Shown: positions 20,169-29,225, counted from the first letter of the stretch. The stretch is DNA of 32,682 nucleotides from Candidatus Zambryskiibacteriota bacterium (GCA_023264565.1 JAHFLV010000007.1:1-32682); one strand, 5' to 3'. Numbers and translations: made by a program. Notes: a model not told the origin generated them from the letters alone.

Positions 20169-20537
20169 TTATTTTTGACCAGCCGTGAGCCCCCTACAGT
20201 TTGCAGCGGGTGTTAGACCCGCCTTTTCGGCCGCTTCCCTATTTTCAAAATAGACTCGGTTCTTTTCGGCAATGGTTTTGGCACCAGGACAGTCAAGCAA
20301 ATGATATTTCTTGCCAGTTTTAGAAGCGACGACTTGGCCGTTTTTTACCGCCATAGTTTCTTCATTTTCTGATGTTTTTTGGTCTACAATACTGGTCGAA
20401 TCAATCTTCAGGGGTGTCTTTTTGCTCGTAAAAGCATACAATTTGAGGCTTCCGAAGAGGATCATGAGGCCTAATGCCACACATATAGAAATCAAGACAA
20501 TAAGATTGATCTTTTTAGCGTCCTGGGGTATACTCAT
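20169..20537 (-). CDS. Membrane-anchored Ada-type metal-binding domain protein
   Basis: VASKTGKKYH...C...I...NRVYF...AEKAG.TPA.NC, with an N-terminal TM helix. Confidence 0.8.
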   Translation of the reverse strand: MSIPQDAKKINLIVLISICVALGLMILFGSLKLYAFTSKKTPLKIDSTSIVDQKTSENEETMAVKNGQVVASKTGKKYHLLDCPGAKTIAEKNRVYFENREAAEKAGLTPAANCRGLTAGQK

Positions 20538-20621
20538 TCGACAATTATATCAGAAAAGATATAGAGAAATTGAAGAATTTTTAAAGGAATTTAGCGAATT
20601 TTAGACAAAATTTAGAACAAT

Positions 20622-20894
20622 ATGGCAACAAAAAAAGCCGGTGGCTCAACAAAAAACGGTAGAGATTCAAATCCAAAATACCTTGGCGTTAAGGTAAATA
20701 CTGGTGAACTCGCTCCTGCGGGTGCTGTTGTCGTACGTCAGCGAGGAACAGACGTTCTTCCTGGCCGAAACGTTGGTATGGGCTCTGACCATACTCTCTA
20801 TGCTCTTAAAGAAGGCATCGTTTCTATCTCAAAGACTCGAAAGACTCATTTCGATAACTCATCAAAGAGCAAGAAAATCCTTCACATTTCTTAA
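20622..20894 (+). CDS. rpmA: 50S ribosomal protein L27
   Basis: [27 protein letters not shown]. Confidence 0.98.
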   Translation: MATKKAGGSTKNGRDSNPKYLGVKVNTGELAPAGAVVVRQRGTDVLPGRNVGMGSDHTLYALKEGIVSISKTRKTHFDNSSKSKKILHIS

Positions 20895-20919
20895 TCCTCT
20901 CGGCAGAAGCCTAACGATA

Positions 20920-20954
20920 ACAAAAAACCGCTTCCAGAAATGGGGCGGTTTTTT
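20920..20954 (+). terminator. rpmA terminator; repeat of 18478-18512
   Basis: AAAAAACCGCTTC-CAGAAAT-GGGGCGGTTTTTT. Confidence 0.85.
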
Positions 20955-20957
20955 CGA

Positions 20958-20985
20958 TTGACAAATGGTATTTTTACGATATTGT
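20958..20985 (+). promoter_or_regulatory. sigma70 promoter TTGACA-N16-TATTGT
   Basis: Directly after the terminator and upstream of the 21024 orphan. Confidence 0.55.
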
Positions 20986-21023
20986 TTTTTCAGAAATGAA
21001 ATGAGATTGAACTAGGGGGAAAC

Positions 21024-21380
21024 ATGAAGAAGTCACGATGGAAGTTTGCCTTTGGTTTTGTTTGGTTTTTAATCACTACGGGCTTCTGGCCAAACATTAC
21101 ACTTATCACCGGACTAAGGTTGTTGGGGCATTTCCTGTTCCCTAACGTCGACAGTATCAAAAACCCATATGTATTTGTGGCAATTCTGGCAGTTTGCATT
21201 CTGGGTCTTTGGAGAACTTGGAAGCAACTTCAAAACACTCTTCAAGAAGACAGAACAAACTACCGGCAGCGCTATGGTCAATGTGTGGGATGCGGGTACG
21301 ATCTTCGCGGAATTGAGCCGTCAATAATTTGTGATCAAGGATATCGTCGAAGATGTCCTGAGTGCAGCAAAATCGCCTAA
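21024..21380 (+). CDS. Two-TM protein with C-terminal zinc ribbon (CxxCGYDLRG...CPEC)
   Basis: AGGGGG SD; two hydrophobic segments; two CxxC pairs. Confidence 0.75.
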   Translation: MKKSRWKFAFGFVWFLITTGFWPNITLITGLRLLGHFLFPNVDSIKNPYVFVAILAVCILGLWRTWKQLQNTLQEDRTNYRQRYGQCVGCGYDLRGIEPSIICDQGYRRRCPECSKIA

Positions 21381-21394
21381 CGAGGCGATTTTTT
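21368..21394. terminator. Bidirectional terminator overlapping the orphan stop codon
   Basis: AAAATCGCCT-AACG-AGGCGATTTTTT between convergent genes. Confidence 0.75.
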
Positions 21395-21416
21395 CATGCA
21401 CAAATTGGTAGCAAAC

Positions 21417-21860
21417 CTACGCCGCAACAATTTCAACAGAAAGCATTGCAATCTTATCCTCTGTTCCAATCTTTACCTTATGAGTTCCGGTTTCCTTGAG
21501 GGGTTTATCCAAAAGCACCATGTCTGCGGAAACGTCGAGATGCGCCTGAGATTTGAGAGCTGCGACAATTTCGGCAGTGTGGATTCCAGAGAAAAGATGA
21601 CCCTTTTCATTCGCCTTTGCAGAAATCTTCAATTTTGCCTCAGAGATAGCGGCCATATTTTTTTCAAAAAGTGCATGCTGAACTTTTTTCTCTGCTTCAG
21701 CAGCCTTCATGATAAGTGCATGTTGCTTTTCAGCTTCTGGGGTAGCCATAACCGCATACCCATTTGGGATAAGGAAGTTTAAAGCAAAACCACTTGAAAC
21801 AGTCTTGATCTGATTTTTTCGGGCAATATTTTGTAAATCACGCTTAAAGATAACTTTCAT
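21417..21860 (-). CDS. rplI: 50S ribosomal protein L9
   Basis: MKVIF, GFALNFLIPNGYA, GHLFSGI. Confidence 0.96.
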   Translation of the reverse strand: MKVIFKRDLQNIARKNQIKTVSSGFALNFLIPNGYAVMATPEAEKQHALIMKAAEAEKKVQHALFEKNMAAISEAKLKISAKANEKGHLFSGIHTAEIVAALKSQAHLDVSADMVLLDKPLKETGTHKVKIGTEDKIAMLSVEIVAA

Positions 21861-21911
21861 ATATGTGGATTATTCTGTTAGTTTCCGCTAGTAGTAGTGC
21901 CGAAAACTCTA

Positions 21912-23177
21912 TCACTTTTTGAGCAAAATCTCAACCGCTTTTGAAAGCTGCGGATCGCGACCAGCTTTGGCATCTGCCTCAGTAATTTCGACAGGAACGT
22001 CAGGTTTTAGCCCGCCAGCAGAGATTGACTGACCGTTTGGAGTGAGCCACCGTGCAATAGTAACCTTGAGTGAAGAATCAGTGGTGATTTTTACGAGTTC
22101 CTGTACAGATCCCTTTCCAAAAGATGTGGTTCCAACAAGTGTTGCGATGCCATGTTCAGAGAGTGCACCAGCAAGAATTTCGGCTGCAGACGCAGAACCC
22201 TTGTCGATCAAAATAGCCATTTTAAGATTACTTCCGAAAATGTCATAGCCACGACTTCGGTGAATGAGTTCGTCGCGGTTGTCTTTGTAGTCCTCTCGAA
22301 CCACAACTTGACCCGGAGGCAAGAACCAACTTGCCATATCTACTGCGGCTTCAAGGAAGCCTCCTGGATTGCCTCGAAGATCAAGAACGAGCTTGTGTGA
22401 ACCAGTTTTTACAAACTGACGAAGCGCGTCTCGGAAGAGATTTGGGGATGTTGCAGAGAAGCTATAGAGGCGAATAACGAACACGCCGTCAGATCGCATC
22501 TGATAATCGAGTGTTGGAATATCGATAACAGCGCGGGTGACAGAAATTTCGAGTGGCTTTGGGGCGGTGGTTGGTTTTGCACCAGAAACAGTCGCGGGGT
22601 CGTCTCGAAGAATCGTAAGTTTGACCTTTGTACCAACCTTTCCACGGATCAAGCGTACTGCTTGGTCGGTATTGAGGTTATCAGTCAGTGTGTCGTCGAT
22701 TTTTAGAATCTTGTCACCTGGTTTAATACCCGCTCGAGCGGCTGGTGTTCCCTTTAATGGAGAAATAACAGTCAAAACACCGTTCTGCACACCGATTTCC
22801 ATACCCACGCCTTCGAAGTTTCCGGCAATGTCGCTTTCAAAGATTTTTGCTTCTTCTGGAGGCAAGAAAACCGTGTATGGGTCGTGCAATGCAGCGACCA
22901 TACCACCAATAGCACCCCAGACACGTTCTTGGCTGGTGGCACCTTTGGCACTTGAGGTTGCGGTTGAAACAAACTTTTCATCCAAGGTTCTCCAGGCTTT
23001 CCAAAACGGACTAAAATCGGCATTGATGTCTGCTGGTGTAGCCAAACTTCCCACAGAAACACCGCTCAGTGAATCATTACTTTTATTTGTACCAAGTTTA
23101 TAACCAGCAAAAAAAGAAACTCCTATAATAAGGAGAGCTGTGGTGGCATAGGTGATTCGTTTTGAACTATAGTTCAT
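21912..23177 (-). CDS. ctpA: Carboxyl-terminal processing protease (S41A, PDZ)
   Basis: DPYT, GVGMEI PDZ, DLRGNPGG, SASAAEI, FGKGSVQ. Start moved to the ATG at 23177. Confidence 0.92.
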   Translation of the reverse strand: MNYSSKRITYATTALLIIGVSFFAGYKLGTNKSNDSLSGVSVGSLATPADINADFSPFWKAWRTLDEKFVSTATSSAKGATSQERVWGAIGGMVAALHDPYTVFLPPEEAKIFESDIAGNFEGVGMEIGVQNGVLTVISPLKGTPAARAGIKPGDKILKIDDTLTDNLNTDQAVRLIRGKVGTKVKLTILRDDPATVSGAKPTTAPKPLEISVTRAVIDIPTLDYQMRSDGVFVIRLYSFSATSPNLFRDALRQFVKTGSHKLVLDLRGNPGGFLEAAVDMASWFLPPGQVVVREDYKDNRDELIHRSRGYDIFGSNLKMAILIDKGSASAAEILAGALSEHGIATLVGTTSFGKGSVQELVKITTDSSLKVTIARWLTPNGQSISAGGLKPDVPVEITEADAKAGRDPQLSKAVEILLKK

Positions 23178-23293
23178 CAGTTTGTATATTGTCTCAAAGC
23201 CCAAATCGAGAGTCAACGGATTCAAAATATTTCAGAACATATTTCAAATCAAATTTCTATTAAGAAGATATCAAAAAGTGATATGATAGTGCC

Positions 23294-24781
23294 ATGATAT
23301 TTTATAATACTCTCACTAAAAAGCTCGATGTCTTCAAACCTCTCAAAAACACCGATGGTCATGTTCATATGTATCACTGTGGCCCGACAGTCTACAACTT
23401 TGCCCATATCGGCAACCTTCGCTCCTATGTATTTGCCGACACCTTGCGCCGGGCACTAGAACTAGAAACCTACAGCATCAACCAAGTCATTAACATTACC
23501 GACGTTGGTCATCTTACCAACGACACAAGTGATCAAGGTCAAGATAAAGTCGAAGCCGGTGCCAAACGGGAAAACAAAACTGTTCGGGAAATTATTGATT
23601 TTTATACCAAAGCGTTTTTGAGTGATCTCCAAAGTTTAAATGTTCGAACCGAAGGTACAAAATTTCCTAAAGCAACCGATCATATTGATGATCAAATCGA
23701 TCTCATCCGCACACTCGAAGAAAAAGGCTACACCTACACCACTTCTGACGGTGTGTATTTTGATACTGCGAAATTTAGCGATTATGGAAAGCTAGGACAC
23801 ATTGATCTGGCTAATCTCGAAGAAGGTGCTCGAATTGCCAAAAATCCAGAAAAAAGAAGTCCAACAGATTTTGCGTTATGGAAATTTTCTCCAAAACCAA
23901 CGGATAAATCGACCGACGGGAAAATCGAGAACACAACAGTCGCAAAGCGTCAGCAAGAATGGGATTCTCCATGGGGTATTGGTTTTCCAGGTTGGCATAT
24001 CGAATGTTCTGCAATGGCTATGAAATATTTGGGTGAGACTTTTGATATTCATACTGGCGGTATCGACCACATCCCCGTGCATCACAACAACGAAATTGCT
24101 CAGTCTGAAGCCGCAACTGGCAAACAATACGTAAAGTATTGGATGCACAATGAATTCGTAAATATTGAGGGCGACAAAATGTCGAAGTCCAAAGGAAATT
24201 TTATGCGCCTCAAAACGCTTGAGGATGCAAAAATTCATCCGCTGAGTTATCGATACTGGCTGCTTACTGCCCACTATCGCTCCCCTATTATTTTTAGTTT
24301 CGAAGCAGTGCAAGCAGCACAAAATGCTTTTGAAACCGTACTTCTAAAAATTGCTGCTGCTCAACAAAAAGAAAAAGATGTACACGCATCGTTTGCAGTC
24401 GAGGGTCCAGGGAAAAACGAAAAGTTCGCACGAGTAGCCCTTGGTGAGTTTCTCGGTAAAGATCTCGATACTCCAGGTGCTATCGCCTACCTTCATGAAT
24501 TTGTGACTGAGATGGCCGCAGGAAAAAGATCAGTCGAAGAATTAAAATATTTTGATGAAGCCCTTGGCTTGAGGCTTTTGGATTTGGCCTCCTACATGAC
24601 CGAAGTTCCAGAAAAAATTAAGAAATTATCAATGGAACGTGAAAATTTCCGTACGTCAAACAACTGGGCAGAATCCGACAGAATTCGTAAAGAAATCGAA
24701 AATATGGGCTACATAGTGAGCGATACAGCCGCGGGTACCAAAATTCATCGCCCACTTTCTTCGCTCATTGGAGTCCTATAA
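23294..24781 (+). CDS. cysS: Cysteine--tRNA ligase
   Basis: CGPTVY, HIGN, DFALWK, PGWHIECSAM, KMSKS. Confidence 0.98.
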   Translation: MIFYNTLTKKLDVFKPLKNTDGHVHMYHCGPTVYNFAHIGNLRSYVFADTLRRALELETYSINQVINITDVGHLTNDTSDQGQDKVEAGAKRENKTVREIIDFYTKAFLSDLQSLNVRTEGTKFPKATDHIDDQIDLIRTLEEKGYTYTTSDGVYFDTAKFSDYGKLGHIDLANLEEGARIAKNPEKRSPTDFALWKFSPKPTDKSTDGKIENTTVAKRQQEWDSPWGIGFPGWHIECSAMAMKYLGETFDIHTGGIDHIPVHHNNEIAQSEAATGKQYVKYWMHNEFVNIEGDKMSKSKGNFMRLKTLEDAKIHPLSYRYWLLTAHYRSPIIFSFEAVQAAQNAFETVLLKIAAAQQKEKDVHASFAVEGPGKNEKFARVALGEFLGKDLDTPGAIAYLHEFVTEMAAGKRSVEELKYFDEALGLRLLDLASYMTEVPEKIKKLSMERENFRTSNNWAESDRIRKEIENMGYIVSDTAAGTKIHRPLSSLIGVL

Positions 24782-24799
24782 ACAAGTTGCAAACATCCT

Positions 24800-26227
24800 A
24801 TGCAGAAAAACACAACAAACTATTCACCCCGCTCTGCTAGTATGAATGGCATGCAAAACATGCGACCGAACCTGAGAATTCCTCCACAAAATCTCGACGC
24901 GGAGACCGCGCTTTTGGGTTCGATCATGCAGCGCCCTGATGTCATCTACGAAATGGGAGACATCGTCAGCGCCGAATCTTTTTACGCAGAAAAGCATCGT
25001 TTGATTTTTGTCGTCATGATGGAGCTTTTCAAAAGAAGTTCCCCGATCGATCTCCTTTCAGTTTCTGCTCGACTCAAAGAAAAAGGCCAGCTCGAACAAC
25101 TTGGCGGTTCAAGTTATTTGGCCGAACTTGTTCAGGGCGTGCCGTCTTCAACCAACGCACTCTACTACGCTCAGATTGTGCAGAAAAAATACATGATGCG
25201 TCGCCTCATTGAAGCGGCCGAGCATGTTTCAAATTTAGGATACGACGAATCCACCGATATCGAAGAAATTCTTGATCGTGCAGAAAAACACGTTTTCGAC
25301 GTCACCAACTTTTCTACCGCTCATAAATTTATCGAACTCAAAGACGAACTTTCCGAGGCCTGGGAACGTCTCGACAAACTCCACAACACCAAAGAAGGTC
25401 TTCGAGGTGTTCCGACAGGCTTTGCCGAACTCGACGGCAAACTCGCCGGCTTCCAAAAATCCGATCTCATCATCCTTGCCGCTCGACCATCAATGGGAAA
25501 AACTTCCCTTGCGCTCGACATCGCTCGTTATTCTGCAGTCAACCACAACACTCCTGTTGGAATCTTTTCTCTTGAAATGAGTTCACAGCAGCTTGTCGAC
25601 CGTATGCTTGCAGCGCAGTCAAACGTCGACGCTTGGAAACTCCGAACTGGAAAATTGAACCGTGCGGAAGAATTCGAATCAATCCGCCAGTCGCTTGACC
25701 AACTTTCGAAAGCACCAATTTTCATTGACGACCAGCCAGGTAACAACATTTTAAAGATGCGCTCAGTCGCCCGTCGACTCAAAAGCGAAAAAGGTCTTAA
25801 GCTTTTGGTCGTTGATTACCTCCAGCTCATGGTGCCACTTGGTTCAAAAGCCAGTGACAACTTAGTCCAGCAAGTGACCGAAATTTCCCGATCCCTTAAA
25901 AACTTGGCCCGTGAACTCGACGTGCCGGTTCTTGCACTTTCCCAGCTTTCCCGAGCCGTTGAACAACGCGGAGGTCGCCCTCGTCTTTCAGACCTCCGAG
26001 ACTCCGGTTCTATCGAACAGGACGCCGACGTCGTGCTTTTTATTCATCGCGAAGACAAATACAAAGAAGAATCAGAGAAAAATAATATCGCTGAAATTTT
26101 GATTGAAAAGCATCGAAACGGCGAAACCGGCAAGGTTGAACTCTATTTCAATGATAAGAAAGTTACTTTCCAGAGCATGGCTAAGGGCGAATATGGTGGT
26201 GCCGAAAAAGAATTTGCGAACTTCTAA
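24800..26227 (+). CDS. dnaB: Replicative DNA helicase
   Basis: ARPSMGKT, FSLEM, VDYLQL, SDLRDSGSIEQDAD, KHRNG. Exact start uncertain. Confidence 0.98.
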   Translation: MQKNTTNYSPRSASMNGMQNMRPNLRIPPQNLDAETALLGSIMQRPDVIYEMGDIVSAESFYAEKHRLIFVVMMELFKRSSPIDLLSVSARLKEKGQLEQLGGSSYLAELVQGVPSSTNALYYAQIVQKKYMMRRLIEAAEHVSNLGYDESTDIEEILDRAEKHVFDVTNFSTAHKFIELKDELSEAWERLDKLHNTKEGLRGVPTGFAELDGKLAGFQKSDLIILAARPSMGKTSLALDIARYSAVNHNTPVGIFSLEMSSQQLVDRMLAAQSNVDAWKLRTGKLNRAEEFESIRQSLDQLSKAPIFIDDQPGNNILKMRSVARRLKSEKGLKLLVVDYLQLMVPLGSKASDNLVQQVTEISRSLKNLARELDVPVLALSQLSRAVEQRGGRPRLSDLRDSGSIEQDADVVLFIHREDKYKEESEKNNIAEILIEKHRNGETGKVELYFNDKKVTFQSMAKGEYGGAEKEFANF

Positions 26228-26274
26228 TACCAATATACTCAGGCGAAATAAAGTTTCGATTAATTTTTATTAAA

Positions 26275-26889
26275 ATGAATTCGTTTAACCGACTTATTGA
26301 AATATTCTCTGACTTCCCTGGCATTGGGCCGCGTCAAGCCAAGCGCTTTGTCTATTTTCTTTTAACCAAGCCGCCAGCATATACTGGCGAACTTTTGCGC
26401 GCTATCGAAAATCTCAAAAACAATACCCAAACCTGCAGCTCATGCTACAGAATTTTTAATAAAAATGGTGGAATGGCCACACTGTGTTCAATTTGCTCAG
26501 ACAGAAATCGCGACCACTCACTTCTGGCCGTTGTATCACGCGACAGTGACCTCGAAAGTCTCGAAAAAAGCGGCTCATATAATGGTCTGTATTTCGTACT
26601 TGGTGGCATAGTTCCGATCCTCGAAAATGATCCTGAAAAATATGTGCGCAGTCGAGAACTTTTCACTTCGGTCGAAAAAAGAATCGGTGATGGACTTACC
26701 GAAGTCATTCTTGCTATGAGTGCCAACGCCGATAGTGAAAATACTGGTCAATTTGTCGACCGACTTCTTGTTCCATTTAAAGAAAGGGGCCTCAAAATTT
26801 CTCTCCTTGGCCGTGGCCTTTCAACTGGCACCGAACTTGAATATTCTGACGCCGACACCCTTCGAAACGCGCTCAAAAATAGAAAGTAA
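26275..26889 (+). CDS. recR: Recombination mediator RecR
   Basis: PGIGPRQAKR HhH, C4 zinc finger, Toprim domain, ELEYSD. Confidence 0.95.
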   Translation: MNSFNRLIEIFSDFPGIGPRQAKRFVYFLLTKPPAYTGELLRAIENLKNNTQTCSSCYRIFNKNGGMATLCSICSDRNRDHSLLAVVSRDSDLESLEKSGSYNGLYFVLGGIVPILENDPEKYVRSRELFTSVEKRIGDGLTEVILAMSANADSENTGQFVDRLLVPFKERGLKISLLGRGLSTGTELEYSDADTLRNALKNRK

Positions 26890-26918
26890 ACTCAGTTTTA
26901 GTTCATATTAGAGATCTA

Positions 26919-26947
26919 TTGACTTAAGGTAAATTTAATGATACTGT
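26919..26947 (+). promoter_or_regulatory. sigma70 promoter TTGACT-N17-TACTGT (extended TG)
   Basis: -35 at 26919-26924, -10 at 26942-26947. Confidence 0.65.
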
Positions 26948-26981
26948 TTACCCAGAAGCATTTTAAAGAAAGGGGGCTTCG

Positions 26982-27302
26982 ATGTTGAATCAGCTGATGA
27001 GCTATCTACATCCCTTGATCTCAACGATCATTGTGTTTGTAGTTCTCATGGCCATTCTAAGCTATGGTTTCGCCTATATGTTTGGCGGCCAGAGCTACGC
27101 GAATCGTGTTCGCGTGAAGCTCATGGACTTCTTTATCTGGAGTCCACTCAAATGGCTCCGGAGAAAGTTGATCTACGAACCGGCCAAGTATCTCAAGAAA
27201 AAGGCCAAGGCGTGGGCAACCAGTCTACTTCGGTGGGCTGGAAGAGGGATCATGGCATTGCTTCGTCGATTTTGGGTCAAGGTCAGGGCTTGTTGGCCCT
27301 GA
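26982..27302 (+). CDS. Hypothetical membrane protein with basic, Trp-rich C-terminus
   Basis: AAGGGGG SD; N-terminal TM helix; own promoter and terminator. Confidence 0.7.
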   Translation: MLNQLMSYLHPLISTIIVFVVLMAILSYGFAYMFGGQSYANRVRVKLMDFFIWSPLKWLRRKLIYEPAKYLKKKAKAWATSLLRWAGRGIMALLRRFWVKVRACWP

Positions 27303-27311
27303 CCTTTTTTT
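27281..27311 (+). terminator. Intrinsic terminator overlapping the stop codon
   Basis: GGTCAGGGC-TTGTTG-GCCCTGACC-T7. Confidence 0.85.
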
Positions 27312-27312
27312 A

Positions 27313-27341
27313 TTGACTTACATTATTTACTGATTTACAAT
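27313..27341 (+). promoter_or_regulatory. sigma70 promoter TTGACT-N17-TACAAT
   Basis: -35 at 27313-27318, -10 at 27336-27341. Confidence 0.75.
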
Positions 27342-27376
27342 CCTCTTTGGTCATTTTACAAAGAAGGAGGCATTGA

Positions 27377-27544
27377 TTGGCACGAACCAGAAGATCGTTT
27401 AGTCCAAGCAAGGGTGTCGCAAAGGCTCGGAGGTACCAGGAAGACTTGCGGGCATCCCGCGGTTTCCACTGCTCCACTCTTGCTCCACCGACTCATGGAC
27501 CAAGCAGACGGAAGTTTCCTCGCCGACTTGCGGGCACACATTAG
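27377..27544 (+). CDS. 55-aa Arg-rich peptide (MARTRRSFSPSKGVAKARRYQEDLRASRGFHCSTLAPPTHGPSRRKFPRRLAGTH)
   Basis: AAGGAGG 6 nt upstream of TTG 27377; bracketed by a promoter and a terminator; not in the ORF track. Confidence 0.6.
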   Translation: MARTRRSFSPSKGVAKARRYQEDLRASRGFHCSTLAPPTHGPSRRKFPRRLAGTH

Positions 27545-27572
27545 TAACCCCACGTAACTCGACCAACCCCAT

Positions 27573-27600
27573 GCTCACGCGACACCGCGTGAGCTTTTTT
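27573..27600 (+). terminator. Intrinsic terminator
   Basis: GCTCACGCG-ACAC-CGCGTGAGC-T6. Confidence 0.85.
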
Positions 27601-27625
27601 ATTCTCCTAGATCTTTTTATATCTA

Positions 27626-27653
27626 TTGACATATAATTTTAAAATTGTAAAAT
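27626..27653 (+). promoter_or_regulatory. sigma70 promoter TTGACA-N16-TAAAAT
   Basis: -35 at 27626-27631, -10 at 27648-27653. Confidence 0.65.
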
Positions 27654-27712
27654 CTTCCAAGAATTGCTCACTGAAATACTGCTAAACAAAAGAACACAGA
27701 AGGAGGCTCATT

Positions 27713-28600
27713 TTGGAACAGAACGGCGCGGAAAAGAAAAGTCCGCTTATCGGACTCGTTGGAGTAGTAGGAATCTGGGTTACGGCGGGACTCGCCCTGC
27801 CATTTGTAAACGTGCGGAAGGAGTTTACACCCGAACAGCTGATGGTGTTTCGTGGTTTCTTACCTGCCCTGATCGCGTTTGTGTTGCTTCGGGGCAAGAT
27901 CGGTAAGGTGGACAAATACACCTGGTTGATCGGCCTCACACTTCCCCTTGCAACCCTCGGCTTGTTTGAGGGTATTCGCAACTGGGGCGTTGGTCCGACA
28001 TTAATTGTCGTCACGGGGACGCCGGTTGTAAACTTCTTCATTGGAAGATTTCTGAAGAGACCGGTGTCGGATATGACGATCACGAGTCTGATAATCATGA
28101 TTTGCGGAGTTGCTCTCGCCTGCAAGGGCGGACACTTCAACTGGCCGGGGTTCCTCTGGAGCGTCGAGGGAACGATTGCGAACGGTATTCTGTACGAACT
28201 ATTCGCCAGGGCAAAAACCAAGCCGCTACAAAAATGCTTCTTTTCATGCTTCGGCATGGGTGCTCTTGGTCTGCTACTCAGTTTCGCTGATGCCACACCC
28301 TGGGTAGCAGAAACCTTCACCCTACCAATGACCCTTCAATTAGTTACCTTTGCTTTCGTTGGCGGTTTCCTGTACTGGATTGCCAACCAGGCCGCCTTCA
28401 AGCATCTGGAGACTATGCGGGCGAGCGTTCTCGCGCAAGGAGAGACACCCGCGGCAATGATCGGCGCCTACCTTCTGCTCGGAGAAAAACTGAGTATGAA
28501 TCAGTGGGTCGGAACAATCATCGCGCTTGCGGCCGCAGTCTCTTTGGTCTACGCTACAGCCAAAGAAGCAAAAGAACCTGCAGCAGTAGCTACAACATAA
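27713..28600 (+). CDS. EamA/DMT family transporter
   Basis: 10 TM helices, FRG motif, ETPAAMIGAYLLLGEKLS; AAGGAGG SD with TTG start. Confidence 0.88.
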   Translation: MEQNGAEKKSPLIGLVGVVGIWVTAGLALPFVNVRKEFTPEQLMVFRGFLPALIAFVLLRGKIGKVDKYTWLIGLTLPLATLGLFEGIRNWGVGPTLIVVTGTPVVNFFIGRFLKRPVSDMTITSLIIMICGVALACKGGHFNWPGFLWSVEGTIANGILYELFARAKTKPLQKCFFSCFGMGALGLLLSFADATPWVAETFTLPMTLQLVTFAFVGGFLYWIANQAAFKHLETMRASVLAQGETPAAMIGAYLLLGEKLSMNQWVGTIIALAAAVSLVYATAKEAKEPAAVATT

Positions 28601-28611
28601 ACACAACAATG

Positions 28612-28644
28612 TGCCGCCCTGGCTTTCGGGGCGGTTTTCTTTTG
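28612..28644 (+). terminator. Intrinsic terminator of the EamA gene
   Basis: GCCGCCCTG-GCTTT-CGGGGCGGT followed by TTTCTTTT. Confidence 0.75.
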
Positions 28645-28650
28645 TTTACA

Positions 28651-28792
28651 AAAGTCTCCACTCATTTGAAGGAGACTTTCGGAACCCGAGCAATGACCTC
28701 TTTGTGAAGTAAAAGTATGCGAGGGTGAGAGGGAGCAAAAAACCACCGGAAGGTGGTTTTTATGCGTGCTCCTGAAAATGAGTGGAGACTTT
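28651..28792. repeat. Long-arm palindromic element, copy 1
   Basis: 24-bp inverted arms (28651-28674 / 28769-28792), 22/24 complementary, enclosing two hairpins. Confidence 0.8.
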
Positions 28793-29111
28793 ATTTAATC
28801 TTCTCGATCTGAACCTTCATGAATGGCTGTCGGTGACCGTTTTTCTTGAAGTATCGGCTCTTTTGTTTGTATTTGATCACAGTAACCTTTGGAGCTCGGC
28901 CAGCTGATTTGAAAGTGGCTTCAACCTTTGCACCTGAAATGAAAGGTGTGCCGATAGTAGTATTTGAACCGTCATCAACCAAGAGAACCTTGTCGAAAGT
29001 GACCTTATCACCTTCTTTCATATCACCATCAAGCTTCTCAATAGTAATAACATCGCCAGATTTTACCTGGTATTGCTTGCCGCCGGTTTCGATGACTGCG
29101 TATTCGTTCAT
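28791..29111 (-). CDS. rplU: 50S ribosomal protein L21
   Basis: YAVIETGGKQY, IGTPF, GHRQPF. Start moved to the ATG at 29111. Confidence 0.98.
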   Translation of the reverse strand: MNEYAVIETGGKQYQVKSGDVITIEKLDGDMKEGDKVTFDKVLLVDDGSNTTIGTPFISGAKVEATFKSAGRAPKVTVIKYKQKSRYFKKNGHRQPFMKVQIEKIK

Positions 29112-29225
29112 ATCCGGATATTCTACATATATACGGGAAAAATGCAACAAATAGGCCCAATAGAGCCGTTATTTGGGCAAAACACAGTAGATAGCCTGAA
29201 AGGCATCAGAACCCTTGTGTTACCA

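Noticed and set aside
27356-27632. Minus-strand ORFs 27356-27553 and 27399-27632
   Set aside because: Promoter, SD and terminator all point to the + strand.
26890-28800. Classical integron or CRISPR array
   Set aside because: No integrase gene, no RYYYAAC...GTTRRRY-bounded attC sites, and no regularly spaced direct repeats were found.
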